Below are positions 1 to 13,535 of a DNA stretch of 64,000 bases, one piece after another. The position numbers and the translations under genes were made by a program. Each line of letters starts with the position of its first letter. Position 1 is the stretch's first letter. The notes below the pieces were generated by a model. It was not told the DNA's origin. It was given only the letters and a program-made list of their open reading frames with translations, and made no database searches. Source of the stretch: Diadema antillarum (taxonomy: Eukaryota); NCBI RefSeq assembly GCF_040938485.1, contig NW_027272282.1, positions 558,001 to 622,000 on the forward strand. The letters are read 5' to 3'.

Positions 1-3000
1 AAGTTGTTGTCCTCCATTCTACTTCCTGTTTGTTTTCGGTACTCTTTACTATTTTGGTGTATTTTTCATCTTTCTTACTGCTGCTGGAAAATCGCCACGA
101 CTCAACCGTCAGACGACAGACCTCGCCAAGCCCAAGCGAACCAACCTGACTTCCTTCTTGTGAGTGGAGCACATTCGTGAAGAGGGCGCACTGAACATTT
201 CAAAGAAATGTGACGTTGAATTTGTCGCACTCTCTCCGAGGACACGCCCTTACGACCTTTGCCCCAAATTTTCTTACGGAAAATCTGCCCCTAAATCCCC
301 CTGAAGGCACGCCTCATACTTTTACCGTTCCATAATGACAACATTATCAACGTATCTCCTGGGTCCCGTTTCACAGTCTTATAAAAATAAAGTTTACGAC
401 GATGGCAACATACCATGAATGTGGTTACCATGGAAGCACCATCAGGCAAGAGCCAATCAGATGTCAGTTTGCCGTTGTTATTTTGATGAGTGTCCGCACT
501 TGGACTCGCAGTCATTCCAAGCTTCCTCCTTGTGAATGATACCTGGGGGCAATCCTATAATATGTACTCGCTAGCTGCATTTACATCACGGAAGTGTCTA
601 GCCTTTAATCCCAGCATCGAGGTTAGTTCTTTTGATTACCAGCTGAACCTATTTAAAATGATTATCCACTTTTCGCCAGGATCCGCGGGAGGGAGATGGT
701 GTTTCTTGTTGCTACATCTCACGGAATTTCATTTCTTTTTTAATCGGCAGAAATATACACGAAGACAGAAAGAAAGAAAGAGCGTGTAAGCGGTAACTTT
801 CTAGTGATGTGTGTGATCAAATAAGTTGACCTTGTGATTTGCCCTACTGAATTGATCGCTGTATGATTTTCGTCCCTTGTTAGATATTGAGTTTCCAAGT
901 TTCCAGCACACTGCACACCCCTTACGCTAATTAGATTGTAGTATATTACTACCAAAGAGTGGGGCAAAGACTACTAACAGTCACCAGGGACTTGACTCAA
1001 ATGAGGGGAAATACTCCGTTGTGTATAAGATGCGGTCGTCTGCTCCGTGAAATGTGGGCCAACCACCAAGCCGCAAAGTGTCTATCTGTCCCTGGTGCAG
1101 TGGTGGGGCTATCACAGAGGATACGCGCTCCTGAATCGTGCGCTATAGCTGTTTGACTGAACACCGGTAGGTTGACTGGAGATTGTGATATGCTTCTTCC
1201 TATACTAGTAGTAGAGAAAAACAAGATTTTGTCCGTGTTCATTCCTTGCAGAAGTGTGGATTTTGATGACTGCACCGTCCTTGCGTTGTACTGTCACCAA
1301 GCACTGATTCAAAGTACAGTTCTTGCAGTTCGGCTTTCCGAGGTACGTCTATGCGTTTCCGTTCGCTAATTTTCAATGGCACGCCATTAGTTTCTCCGAC
1401 CATCTCAATCACGTTACGTTCACCGTAGGTACAGGCTAATTGGCGAAGCTTTCAGTTACGGCACTTAAATAGGTGACTGACGCTGAAACTCGCCCATAAT
1501 ACACGCTTTTTGAGGGCAAGAAATCTACTTAGTACTTTACGTAAGAATCAAACGGCGAACGAGGAAAGGAGAAGCAGCTTGGCAAATGTCGCCTGGAAAC
1601 TGCCTTTAAAGGCTTCTTTTTAAAACCAGCCAATACATTATTATGTACTTTTGTAACAAAATAAGGTGATTTTGCGAGTTTCAGCAAATATTGATTAATA
1701 GTCTTCTTGTTCTAAGAGTCAAATGTGTAGGCCTACTTCTCGCCTTCTTGCCTTAACAATAGTAGGCGCCTTCAATTCCAAAACGAGTCACCCTCGATTG
1801 CCCTCTCTCTCCCTCGGTCGTCCTGAACAAGTCGCCTTTGCCAGTTTTAGCAAGTCGCCTTCTAGCCGCGTGTTGCCAATTTTCAGAGGAGAGTCGATCG
1901 TTTTTATTGGCAGTTTGAGTATATACACGTCTGCATTCGGGCAGTTGCAATAAGTGCAATTATTATAGCAACAGACAACTTCGGATGCAAAATTATCTCT
2001 TTGTAGACAGCTATAGATCGATCCCGTCTCTTCAATGGTTATATTACAAGTAAATGGGAGTAGGCTTTTCATCCTGTCATTGTCATGCTCTCGTCGTAGT
2101 GTTACTGTAAAAAAAAAATGATGAATAGATGAATGAAATAGATAAATAAAAACGGGAGAAAGAAAATTTGTTCATGGCGACCAAGCGGCCATGCCAAGAA
2201 AGTATACCTGATTGAGGTCTTGTAGCGTTTGTTGTTGAGTTGCTATTTTTACCATTCAGACGCACAGATTGCAGTGAGTTTGATACCCTGCATGCATAAG
2301 TCCACCGATATTTGCCGAATAAAACATGTAAAATATCTATAATAATGGCTGAGAAATTCCACCTTTTGTTCGCTTCAAAATTATCGATCAAACGCTTCAC
2401 GCGCCTCAGCCGCCTCCCCCATTTTCACACTCTCCCTGTTTTCCCCCTTTGGAGTGTGTCCACAATGATTTCAATGAAGTAAATATAGATACACGCTTGC
2501 AAATATTCCCTCCTCACTTCAAATTTACTCAAGACCTTACTCACATGGCTGTTTGCGTGCGTTCGAGCCGAGATTGAAGGGTATGTTGCCATTCGTTACG
2601 AAGGATTTGCGATGAACTGCGCGTTGTCTCAACAGAAATATTAAAGACATTCTTTCACGTCGCCGAATGTTCAAAAGTATATAGATATTAGCTCAAGACA
2701 AAGTGACTATAGAACTTGAAAGAGGTAGTCACGACATCGGTAATTTCTAAAACCTGCAATAGACACAGGGACGAAAAAGATAGAGAAATCATGCATTCTT
2801 CGTCCAGAGAAAGAGTGAGAGAGGGGGAGGGGGATGGGGAGGGGGAGGGGGAAGGAGAGGGGGAGGGGGAGAGGTACAGTCATAAACAGATAGGGGGTTA
2901 GACCATGGGTATTTTGCCGATGATAATGACAATCCAGCGGCGCAGGTGATGTTTTCATTCTCTATCCTTCATCCCTCGCTGTTGTTTTCCCGAAACGGTT

Positions 3001-4015
3001 GAAGGACGCAGACCTCCAGTTTGACCTGAGCTCAGCGTCGAAAGTGACCCTACCCATCGGGCAGATCGGCATTCCAATATCACGGCACGCCAGTCTGTCG
3101 TTTGTGTGTCACAGCACTTTTCGCCGCAGAAGCAGTGTATATTTTCTACCGCTGCAAGTGAAACAGTAGACCTACTTTTCGTATCACGTCGCTGCTGCCT
3201 CGATATTGCGCCCTGCGACTTCTTTATTTCTACTCCAAGATTACTTTCGACATTACAGTTTTTAATCAGGGAATAGAAGTTCTGCTCTGAATCAATGTCA
3301 TATCGAAGCGCACGACTGGCGGTATTAATACATGACTCGCAAATGTGAGGGGCGCGGTGATGAAGGTCGAGGAAGGGGTATAAAACTATCCCCTCCACCT
3401 CCCCTCCGTATCTTCGTAGGTAAAGGTATTGACCCCAAGAATGTTTTGTCTCTTTTTCATACGGTTTTGAAGATTATTGTTATCTCAGTCGATTTTAATT
3501 CGCGCAAATGTTCTTTTTATCACGTCGAGAAAAGTGGTGTTAAGGATATACTGAGTAGGCCTAGGGGATATCTTCTTACGGCGAAACGACTCGAAACAAA
3601 ATAAAGAGATTATGAAAACGTGCCAGATTATGTAACTTTGAAATGTTTTCTCATTTATATGTTCAAATTGACTCTTATCAATGGGAAAATCTAATCAAAA
3701 GTTATTACAGCAATGAAATATGATCCCTCTACCACCATCTCCCGAACCAGTGAAAAAAGTGGATCAGAAAATCAATCACTACCGTCTTTTAAATATCATT
3801 GTTAAGCACTGAATTTGTCTGCAAAATGGCTCTTCATACTGCTACAAATTGACGAATTTTGTACGATTTTTCCCCTTGATCATGTGGGTTAGCCAGTAAA
3901 GGAGGGTTCTGTAGTGTTAACAACTTTTGATCTGTAGGCCTTAATCAAAGTCTACTTTACATTTAACCGAAGTCAATCCTTTGATTGATTTCAGAGATTG
4001 AACTAAATCAGTATG

Positions 4016-4157
4016 NNNNNNNNNNNNNNNNNNNNNNNNNNNNNNNNNNNNNNNNNNNNNNNNNNNNNNNNNNNNNNNNNNNNNNNNNNNNNNNNNNNNN
4101 NNNNNNNNNNNNNNNNNNNNNNNNNNNNNNNNNNNNNNNNNNNNNNNNNNNNNNNNN
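4016..4157. other. Assembly gap (N-run)
   Basis: 142 N. Confidence 0.98.
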
Positions 4158-5074
4158 AATTATGTTATAGCAAGAGAAAAACGGTGAAGAGGGAAAAGAA
4201 TGAAGCAAAAAGCATGTCTTACATTGTCTAGAGAAAGGCAATTGTTTATTAACAACATGACGTCATCAGCGGAGGAAAGTAGAACAAACAAATAGAGAAC
4301 TTAGAAAAGGAACATCAAATGAAGGAACGATAAAATGGAACATGAAGACAGACGGCAAAGAAAAAAAGATAAAGAGAGAGATTATGCCGGGAAAAAAAAA
4401 AGCGGGCAAATGTCCGTGCTCTGACATTTGCTATGGCTAATGTAAAATGTCACATTTCCATTAAACCGAGGAGAACCGATTCGATTATCAGCCGGCGAGC
4501 GATTCGCGTGTTGCACAGGTCCAAGCTTCATCAGGCCTCGATTATTGCATTTGGTTCATCCTCCGCTACGGGGATGCGGAATTTTCGCCAGGGATAACTT
4601 GACACAGAAAAGACAATTCTCTGCAGCGGAGCTGTTACACTCCCGGCGGCTTGTTTACAATCGAAATTATTTAAATCTACCGAAAAAAGAACAGATGTAA
4701 AGGAATAATGTCGACAAAGAGAACGGTACGTATTGCATTGATCCAAATCCCCTTTCCATGTATCTGCTTGTTTATTATACAGGTTATTCTGGGCTAAAAT
4801 TTCCTCGTGCCCGTATTGGATTATGTTACCATAACAACGACAAACCAATGTTACTAAACATCCGCAACTGCATTTTCATGTTATTGCATGTACCACTTCG
4901 CTTTTACTTTGTCTAAAATGACGATATGCTGCTACAGCAACTACAGACGTCTGAGTAGCATGGCTAGTTTTATCATTAGTAGTGTTTCAACTGATTTATA
5001 GCTTATAATAACTGCACCTTATTGGCCAGAGGTTCTATACGGTTCCATTGATAGCAAAGTACGGTCTCAATTAT

Positions 5075-5358
5075 GAGGCGGAGGGGATGGAGGAGGAGGA
5101 GGGGAAAGGTTGGTCGGAAGAGGAGAGGAGGAGGAGAATGAGAAGGAAGAAGAGGAGGAGGAAGATGGTGGAAAGGAGAGCCAGACAAAAAGAAGGGAAG
5201 AAGAAACAAATGGAAAATTATTATAACAAAGATAATTGTCATGGCTAGAGGGGAAAGACGAGGCGGAGGAGGATGAAGAGGAGGAGGAAGCAGAAGAAGA
5301 AGAAGGAAGAAGAAGATAAAAAAGGATAGAAGGAGATAGATAGAAGATGAAAGAGAAG
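5075..5358 (+). repeat. Purine-rich (GAG/GAA) low-complexity tract
   Basis: Imperfect GAG/GAA triplets directly visible. Confidence 0.85.
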
Positions 5359-6752
5359 ATTAATAAATATGAAATCCAGCCACCTGCTATACAGTTATGC
5401 AGCAGGGAAATACAGCGAACAAAATAGATTGTTGAGCATACATGCACGTGAACACGCACGCAAGCCATGCACAGTAAACTGTTCAACCGTGAAGAAGTAT
5501 AATGATGTCATTAAATTAATCCCACCGAATTGCGCCTCATTAGAAGAAATGAAATACTGGCACATTATCTCTAATTTGCCAGGTTACTGTCCGTATCGAC
5601 ATGGATTACTCTTTGCAATAATGCATGACATGACGTGATACTACGTGATAGTATACGCAACGACAGCGAAACCGAGTGCGAAATGCAGAATGCGTGAAGA
5701 ATGTCTCTGGGAAACCCTGAGCATTCTAATTAGAGGAAAAACCGCAATGCCGAAAGCATGATTTTATCCCTCAATGTTGCCTGATGAGGGGAGACGGATT
5801 TTGAAAGACTGATGAAGGGTTTTTCCTTCCTTTTTTCCGATAGTACTTCAGCGAAATGAAACTCGTGTCCGCCCATCCTCTCCTTCCCGCGCATTTCTGA
5901 TTAAAGGTTAATACACGCAGGATAAAGCTCGCGAAGTCTGCTAGAAAAACGCGCACGATCTGTTACGTCATTTGCATTACCATCGTTCGTCGTGAGCACA
6001 CGCGAGTCAGTCTCCTCTGCAGCGTGTCCTCAACCAAAGTCGCGGAGTTCGACCTTTTCAAAACCATTCGAAGCAGCATTTACATACTTCCGTTTCTACT
6101 TTTATGCACTCGGGGAAAAAGTGAAAAAAAAAGACTGAGAGAGTTCCTCAGAACCATCGGAATATTACCCTGCATAAATCCACCGGGAAATCAAAATAGA
6201 CATTCCATAAGCGAATGCTCAAAATTTGTTTGTCTTTTAAGCATTCCCGCGTGACTTTAACATCTACTTGTGATTGCATCGTATGAGCGGCAATGATATG
6301 ATTCTTCAAAATGATAAAGCGGACACATCCTCTCTGTCTCTGAACTCAGGGGAGTAAATAAAGCTGTGCTTGACTTTCCTTCCTTCTTTTTTGTGGTTCT
6401 GATTAGATTTATTCCTTATTGACAAAAGTGACTTCACGCATTTGCGCGGCGCGTTATTGAATCACTCATTCTTATGTTTGACATCCCGTGCAGTGTTACC
6501 GACCGCTGGGCGCTTCACTGACGGTCGAGAGCCGAGGCATGCTAGGAGCGGGAACATCAAGGACTCCTACTCCGCCACGGAATCGACCATGTCGGGGACG
6601 ACAACCATGGGCAGCTCAGGCGAAGTGAATATTTGGAAATTATCATGTTTTTAAGACTGCCGCTTTCCTGCATAGGCATTTAGCGGACCAATCTCGTCAT
6701 CATAATTGTATGTTTTGTTCATGTGCGGTCGGGACGAGGACTAAATCAAACT

Positions 6753-7319
6753 ATGTCCACGTTTTACACAGTGTGCGAGATTAGCATTGCGGTCATGTCC
6801 GTGTTGGGCAACGGTCTGGTGCTCTACGTCTACGCCAGCAACCAGAGGCTGCATTCTGTCACCAACTACTTCATCGTGTCGCTGGCCATTGCCGATCTCT
6901 TCGTGGGGTTGTTCGGGGTGCCGTTCGCCATCCTGACGTCGGAGGGACTTCCCCGCGACTTCATCGGCTGCATCATCATGCTGAACTTTCTTCTCTGGCT
7001 CTGCGGAGCCTCCACGTTTAGCCTCATCGGAGTGTCGCTCGATCGCTACGTCGCCATCTCCTACCCGTTGCGCTACAACGTCTTCATCACCCCTCTCCGA
7101 GCCCTGGTCGCCATCGTCGTGTGCTGGATAATGGCGGCCATCGTCGGATTCCTACCCGTGGTCGGGTGGCACCGCGGGCGGCCCGAAACACCCGCCTGCG
7201 TATTCATCGAAATCATCGACATGAACTACATGCTGTTCAATGCCATCATGGTCATTTACATCCCCCTTGTCGTCATGATAGTCATCTACGTCTTCATCTT
7301 CCGTGCTGTTAGAAAACAG
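6753..7319 (+). CDS. First coding exon (TM1-TM5, 189 codons) of an adenosine-receptor-like class A GPCR; gene incomplete in this window
   Basis: Translation MSTFYTVCEISIAVMSVLGNGLV...TNYFIVSLAIADLFVG...GC...SLDRYVAISYPLRY...GW...CVF...MNYM...IPL...YVFIFRAVRKQ has GN1.50, LAxAD, C3.25, DRY, W4.50 and P5.50. It follows the adenosine receptor pattern throughout (E1.39, NYFxVSLA, PLRY, ECL2 CxF, MNYM, RxQ after TM5). High GC3 relative to flanks; A at -3 of the ATG; ends at CAG|GTGAGT donor (intron starts 7320, phase 0). Subtype cannot be assigned. Confidence 0.92.
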
Positions 7320-9539
7320 GTGAGTTCATGTTTTCAAGTCATATACGTTCATACACATGCACGTACCCAATTTCATCATATACTAATGATTTAACGGTTT
7401 ACTCTTGCAAGCCTACTGCGCGAATATGTCACCCCCCCCCCCCCCAGGCATTATCAGTGATTATGTTTGTTCTCTGTTTAAAGATGCTGTGTGTTTGTAA
7501 GATCATGTGTGCATACACAAAAGCCGTCCGCTGTATGCACTATGCACTGACGCAATGACACTTATAAATACACGTCCATCTATCAAAACACCCATGAATG
7601 ATCACAGGACAGTTTGCAGGGAGGGGACCCATGATCAACCATTTTAATTACATGATTAACACCTAATTAACTCTTTCGCAAGGCAATTGCAACTTGAAGC
7701 TTTGCAAACTGACTCGAGAAAAAAAAGGTAAACTGTGTCCAGGCGTGACGTATTGATATGATCGCTTTCATGACTTTTCTTCTCATTTTCATCGGTGATT
7801 TATTTTCTTTCGTTGCATAGCCACCTACAAGAAGCCGACAATGAAGCAGAGCTGAAAGGGAAGATGATAAAGTTTCCTTTCTCTGGAATAACTTCAAATA
7901 TGTATAGGTCTATAGAAATGTAACATGATTACTGAAAGAACAGGAAGATATATTGCGTTACACTGTAACTGGAGACGAATCGTAAAAGTAAAACATGACG
8001 CGGAAAACGTAATATGTTCATTTACTATTCATATCGTCTTGTGATAATAACGTCATAATTTCCACATAACTACCAATTATCCATCCTCTCTTGACTCATT
8101 AGCCTAGCCACAGAAAAGTTATTTGTGGGATGACTTAAATAACGCAGGCCTCACAGTCCACGTTTGCATGTGTGTAATGAGGTAAACGCTGCCGCATTTT
8201 TATTGCTGCGATTTTGCTGTAAAACACCAAAGCACGACAACCAGGAGACAATCAGCAGTGCTTGCAAAGCACGCTCATCCGCCCACGCGCCGTCCCTCTC
8301 TAAAACGTAATGAGGAAACAAAAGAGAAAGCATTCAATCATGAATTATTCATTACCCTTACAAACCTAGTACATTTTGCATGTACTAGTATATGAGTGGG
8401 ATATTTTCCCCACAATATTGTTCAAAGCAATTCCCAAGTGATACTGGCAAGTGCACGGCACTGTTATCTGCGTTTTGTTTCAGCACAATCAACTTTGCAC
8501 GATATTGCAGGAAACTGATCTCACGTGTGATACTGTACTCTAGAATGAATACAAAATAGTTATTTCCCATATTGTTGCTGCACTACTGGACAATTGTTAA
8601 CTCCTAAGGAGGGAGTAACAATAAGCTCATGGAGTCAACTAAAGTTGAAACACGGAGTATCAGTTGGCTGAAAAAGAATAAGTCCGTCTGTAGTTTGCCA
8701 GTGACGTTTCGTCTTTATTGATTGTGACGTCATATCGCTGAAGAAATGAAAGGCATTCCTACTTAGTGAGCTTATTCTCTTGAAAAGCCATTGGGAGGTA
8801 AAAAAAAAAAGGTTGTATATCTCAATTCAGAAATATAGAAGTCTTCGTTCACAGTTTTCACCGTAATAGCAAAAATGTTGTCCCCATGAACCCAAATTTT
8901 GCTGAGCGCGAGTCCGTGTGTCTTTAGCAACAACCATGCCTCGACTTTTACAAAGCGTCCGCTAAGGCTGACTCGAAAGGCCAGATTTTACGATGTTATC
9001 AGAGTAGCTTCATGACCGACATTATTTCTGCTAATAATGTAGCAAAGCCAACATTTGTGACAATTTATGACAACCATCAAACAAAGTGCATTGTGTGGAT
9101 ATAGGAACAATAATTATGTTCCTTCAGCACACAAACCCCAATAAATTTGCAAACCCCAGTGACGGATGGCGTGATCTTGGGGGAAAAACAAAGTATGAAT
9201 ATCAAAGTTTGTCTAATGTTATATTATTATATACCATCACCCCGAAAGTAGAAGGCAATTCCGGACTAGTTACACTACTATTACTACTACTACTACTAGT
9301 TCGAGGGCATGTATTAGCTTCAGCCTATGCCAACTCGGGTTTCATTCAAACGGGTTGCACCTCCGAACCTGTCTATCTATCATGGATGGCTGTCCTCAGT
9401 TCATTAATACTATCAAGGTCTGTGTCCTTCTTCAGTACACTGATGAAAGTGGTCCTACTTCTTCCTCTTTTTGCAATTCCCTGTTTGGCAAATTAGTTAA
9501 AAGTTTGCCTGAAGAGATTTTTTTTTTTTTTAACGCAGC

Positions 9540-10037
9540 CGTGAACATTTGATCAAAATCAGATAAAAATTAGGGAAGTCAGAAATCTTTGAAGTTTCTC
9601 TGATTTTGAAAACGTCATCACCTCACAATTTTCCTTTGACCATGCACAGAAAAGAAAATTGGTGGAAATTAAATATTTCTGCTATGAAAATGTAGAACAT
9701 GACGTCATTCCTGATTGAACAGCTCCAAAATAACGATCAGTCAGCTGATATATTATGATTTGAGACTTAGACATAATTTGAACCAAGATCTAGACACATT
9801 TTGTCTGCAAACTATATAGCAAGTTGTAAGGCGATGACACAATTAACTCACTCATTTGCTCAATCATTATTGACTGTTCAACAACTATTATATGAAATCA
9901 AGCAATACTTTACGATGTCACAACTTCCCTGGCTTTGATCCAATTTTTACTTGATATATACTGCTGTGCTTATTGTTTATTAAACTTTACTCTTTCTTTT
10001 CAGAATATCTTTTGATGGGTCTGGAATTGCCCTTTAA
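9540..10037. mobile_element. Degenerate TTAA-type (Kolobok-like) MITE, left end eroded
   Basis: Right end GGAATTGCCCTTTAA. Internal imperfect inverted segments (TGATCAAAATCAGATAAAAATTAGGGAAGT vs ACTTCCCTGGCTTTGATCCAATTTTT) resemble the subterminal motif of the 59584-60227 element. Confidence 0.45.
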
Positions 10038-10973
10038 AGTCTACCATTGTTACGAAATATGATACTGTACAACTGCTATACATGACTGTTTTATGACACA
10101 TGTCGTACTGTTTGAATATGAAGTGGCCTTTTGTATTTCAATGACCAATCTTCAAGAATGACTGCATGTAAACTCGAAAACTATTTTTCTTTCAAACTGT
10201 GCTAATCCGATGACTGGCTTTCATGCCGTTTATGTGGTAATCAGTGGAAATGAACTGGGGCGGATTACGTAGTACTGGAACGCCCATAGTCTGGACAATT
10301 TGAAAATAGCAGGAAAATCACAAATGAATGATTGGCAAGAGTGTCAGGTATTTGTGGTGACGGCTCTCAACTGTAAAGCAAAATTCTTTCCGTCAGATTC
10401 ATCAGCGAGGTGTCTCAACTGCCTGAATTCAGATAATTAAAAGGAAGGAAAGGAAGGTTAAGGCAGAGTTAGGCAGATGAGGGTTCCTTCACTTTGAATG
10501 TATTCCACCTGAGAATCCACGGATTTGAAGTGCTTCACTCTTTGCGGGATATCCAGAGAAGGGGGGGGGGGTAGTGACTTTCCTGACATTTCAGCGTGCA
10601 AGTCGCCCCCCGTATCGGTTCTTATCAATGTGTGTCAAGCGACGAGAAACACGATCACGGATGACACTCATCGCCCACGGGATTATTTGTCCCGGAGCGG
10701 TTTACGGGAATTGACGAGATGGGATATGACGACTGTTTGCAGACTCCGAGAATATAAGGAAACATTACTAGGTCGCATGTTGATTAATCTGCCCTAGAAT
10801 TTCAAATCGATCGATTCCCCTCTTTAGGTGTGAATCATATCGGGCGCCATGAGCTTTGAAGGACCGCCGTTACAGATTGTCGAATCAAGTTTCGCCGAGA
10901 TTGCGGGAATGGAAATTTAGAATTGAGAGGTGCAAAGATTTTTCTTCACCCCCCACGCGCTCTCCCCCTCTTT

Positions 10974-10997
10974 CACACATACACACGCACACACACG

Positions 10998-11028
<31 letters not shown>

Positions 11029-11082
11029 TCCCCCTCTCTCTCATTCCTCCCGTCTCTGTTTCCCTCGCTCTCTCTCTCTCTT
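10974..11082 (+). repeat. Compound (CA)n-(CT)n microsatellite
   Basis: Directly visible. Confidence 0.9.
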
Positions 11083-11475
11083 TCCTCAAAAATCCATCCT
11101 GACATCATGGACAACAGGACTGTCACACTTTCATCGGATTTCCGCGCTTTTTCTGCAAATACAGATGTGGAGTGCAGAGCCTGCTGAGTACAGTAACCAT
11201 GACGGAGTATTCACCGCCTACACATGAAGACACAAACAAACAACACAAAGAAAGTCTGTGGGGTGAGGAATACGCACACACACACACACACACACACGCA
11301 ACCCACGTGGGAGAAAGCGAAGGGAATCATAAGGGGAATGCTTGCTGCTGGCTTAGAGTAGTCAGTGACTGATCGTTTGGCGGGAATAACGTCAAAAGTT
11401 ATTTCATGACGTCGGGTTTCGTCATGCCCCGCTCACCCACCCGTCTCCTTGGAGAGCAATAAACCCTCGATCGTC

Positions 11476-11879
11476 TAAAAGGGATCATTTAGTTTTGGTT
11501 GAGACTGAACTTCAGGTTTTTATTTATTTATTTTTTTTTTTTGGTGAGATAGTGAGAAACCTCTTATGAAATATGAAAAAGCATGTAATTCCAAGAGGGA
11601 TTCAAAGTTAATTCGATGAAAATTGGTTTTGAAATTGCCGAGATCTCCAAAACAGAGCGATCCTAATAAAGTGTGGGACCCACCTTTTATTACGATCTCT
11701 TTGTTTTACTTTGTTTTTGGATGTTTCAGCTATTCCAACCCCGATTTTTATCAAATAAACTTTGAATTCCTCTTAAATGGTTTGCTCTGTACTATTTCAT
11801 AAGTGTTTTCTTGGTATCTAGCAAAAAAAAAAGTTAAAGCCCAATTTTCATCTCCACCAATACTGTACCATCCCTTTAA
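11476..11879. mobile_element. Foldback MITE with TAAAAGGGAT...ATCCCTTTAA ends (TTAA/Kolobok-like)
   Basis: Nested inverted repeats: TTATGAAATA/TATTTCATAA, AAGAGGGATTCAAAGTT/AACTTTGAATTCCTCTT and GATCCTAATAAAGTGTGG/CCACCTTTTATTACGATC, all symmetric about ~11680. Confidence 0.65.
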
Positions 11880-13412
11880 CCAGTTCTCTCTCTCTCTTAA
11901 CTCCATGGATGTGCTACGTTATGACCTGATTCATGTACACTTGAGGATTAGAAGATTTCCTTCTCGAGTCATAAAGAGGAAACATGCAACAGTGAGGGTT
12001 ATCTTTCTGTCTCAGCAGAAACATGAACATTTTGTTGTCAGTCGGACTAGATAGCAGTAAGACATTTAAAAGAAAAGCAGCTTCCAAATGCTTACACCTT
12101 TACCAGAGTTGGTAGAGTAGTCCAGAAAAGAGCGTGTCGGAGCATTTTATTCTGGGGCGTCAGCGAGGGCGCTTTTGGTGAACTCTTCGCTCTCGAGTGT
12201 TTCGTCCAGTTTGCCTGCAGGCGCCGGCGGAATAATTTGAGAGCGATCTTGGCGAGCAGGCACCAATTTCGAACGTGCGAACGGGGTCGCGAGGTTTCAC
12301 TTCGCAAATTCTACCAATGGTCGCCACTCCAACACAACCAACAACTAGCTAGCGACCGCGCTGGTGAGGGCGTGGCGTATAGAGTTGTTACTTACAACTT
12401 ATTACTTACAAGAAAAAAAAAACCAACAACTTCGTCTTTAAGGCACGTTGACTAACAAGAGTAAACTCAAGCTATATAAGAGAACAATGAGAGTGTAATT
12501 TCAGAGAGAAAAATATAAAGGATTTATTACATTTTAAAGTTTTGGCTGCTTCTCAATCACATTGAATTATAGGAGGTGATAGCTCCATTGTCTTGTTGAT
12601 TCCTATAGGTATGTGCCTAAAATATTACAATACATTTACTTTTTTGTTTGTGTGTCTGTGTGTGTATCGACATCGACGAATAAGCGATTGCAGCTCGGCC
12701 CTCCTCAAACGGTAATATTGAAGCTGAGTCATTATATAATTCTAAAATAACCCAACTATAGGGACGATGGACAACCTACACACACAAACCCACACACATG
12801 CAAAGAAAACAAACATAGCCAAAAAAAAAAAAAAAGACGCCACACTTTCACGTCCATTAACATCCTGCATTTCCCCTTGGGCCATTTATGGAACTCGTTG
12901 AGTGTATTCATTATTATGCAAGCCATACGTTATTATCTGGCGTGAACACGGAGTGAAGTTGTCACCTTAAAAACCTCTGCCTTTACGCACCCTCATTTTT
13001 CACGCGCTGCGGGCGGATCAAATACGAAGCAAATCCCAAATGTCGGCAGGTAAAGTGACAGATCCAGGGCGCAGGGCGCCGTCAGAGACGGGCAGCCGAC
13101 ACGTGCGCTGCTATTTGCACAGATTTCACCGTTAATGGTGTGTGTTGCGATTGTTGCTGGCGTCAACACACACATGATGACCAGCGAGATGGACTGAGCT
13201 CTCTCACCGGTGCTGATTCATTCCTGAGTATAGGGATTTTGCGTCCACAGAGAGACAAGTTGTATGGAACATGTCGCAACGCTGCTGAACCAGAATTTGG
13301 CTAGTATGAAGACGAAGTAGCGTCATTGCATTAATGCTGTTGTCACTGTTACCGTATTGATAAAAGAATTATTCGAAGCAGAAGTACTTGTGTGAGTAGT
13401 AATGATCCTCAC

Positions 13413-13413
<1 letters not shown>

Positions 13414-13444
<31 letters not shown>

Positions 13445-13535
13445 TACATGTAGTAGAATTAGTAGAATTAGAAGTAGTAGTAGTAGTAGAAGTAGTAGTA
13501 GTAGCAGTAGTAGTAGTAGTAGTAGTAGTAGCAGT
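13414..13535 (+). repeat. (AGT)n microsatellite, interrupted
   Basis: Directly visible. Confidence 0.9.

Noticed and set aside
2955-3398. 147-aa minus-strand ORF
   Set aside because: No recognisable motif, no coding-like codon bias; ends in a purine/pyrimidine repeat.
5003-5486. Poly-E/R and poly-S ORFs
   Set aside because: Low-complexity GAG/GAA tract with no domain or splice context.
5781-5835. Two CTGATGA motifs resembling hammerhead cores
   Set aside because: The first has no Watson-Crick helix II before GAAA; the second has a possible stem but no GAAA after it.
7320-7394. ORF-track extension of the GPCR (VSSCFQVIYVHTHARTQFHHILMI) and its GTG start at 6723
   Set aside because: The 3' extension is read-through past a consensus donor into low-complexity intron sequence; ATG 6753 has better context and matches the short N-termini of the family.
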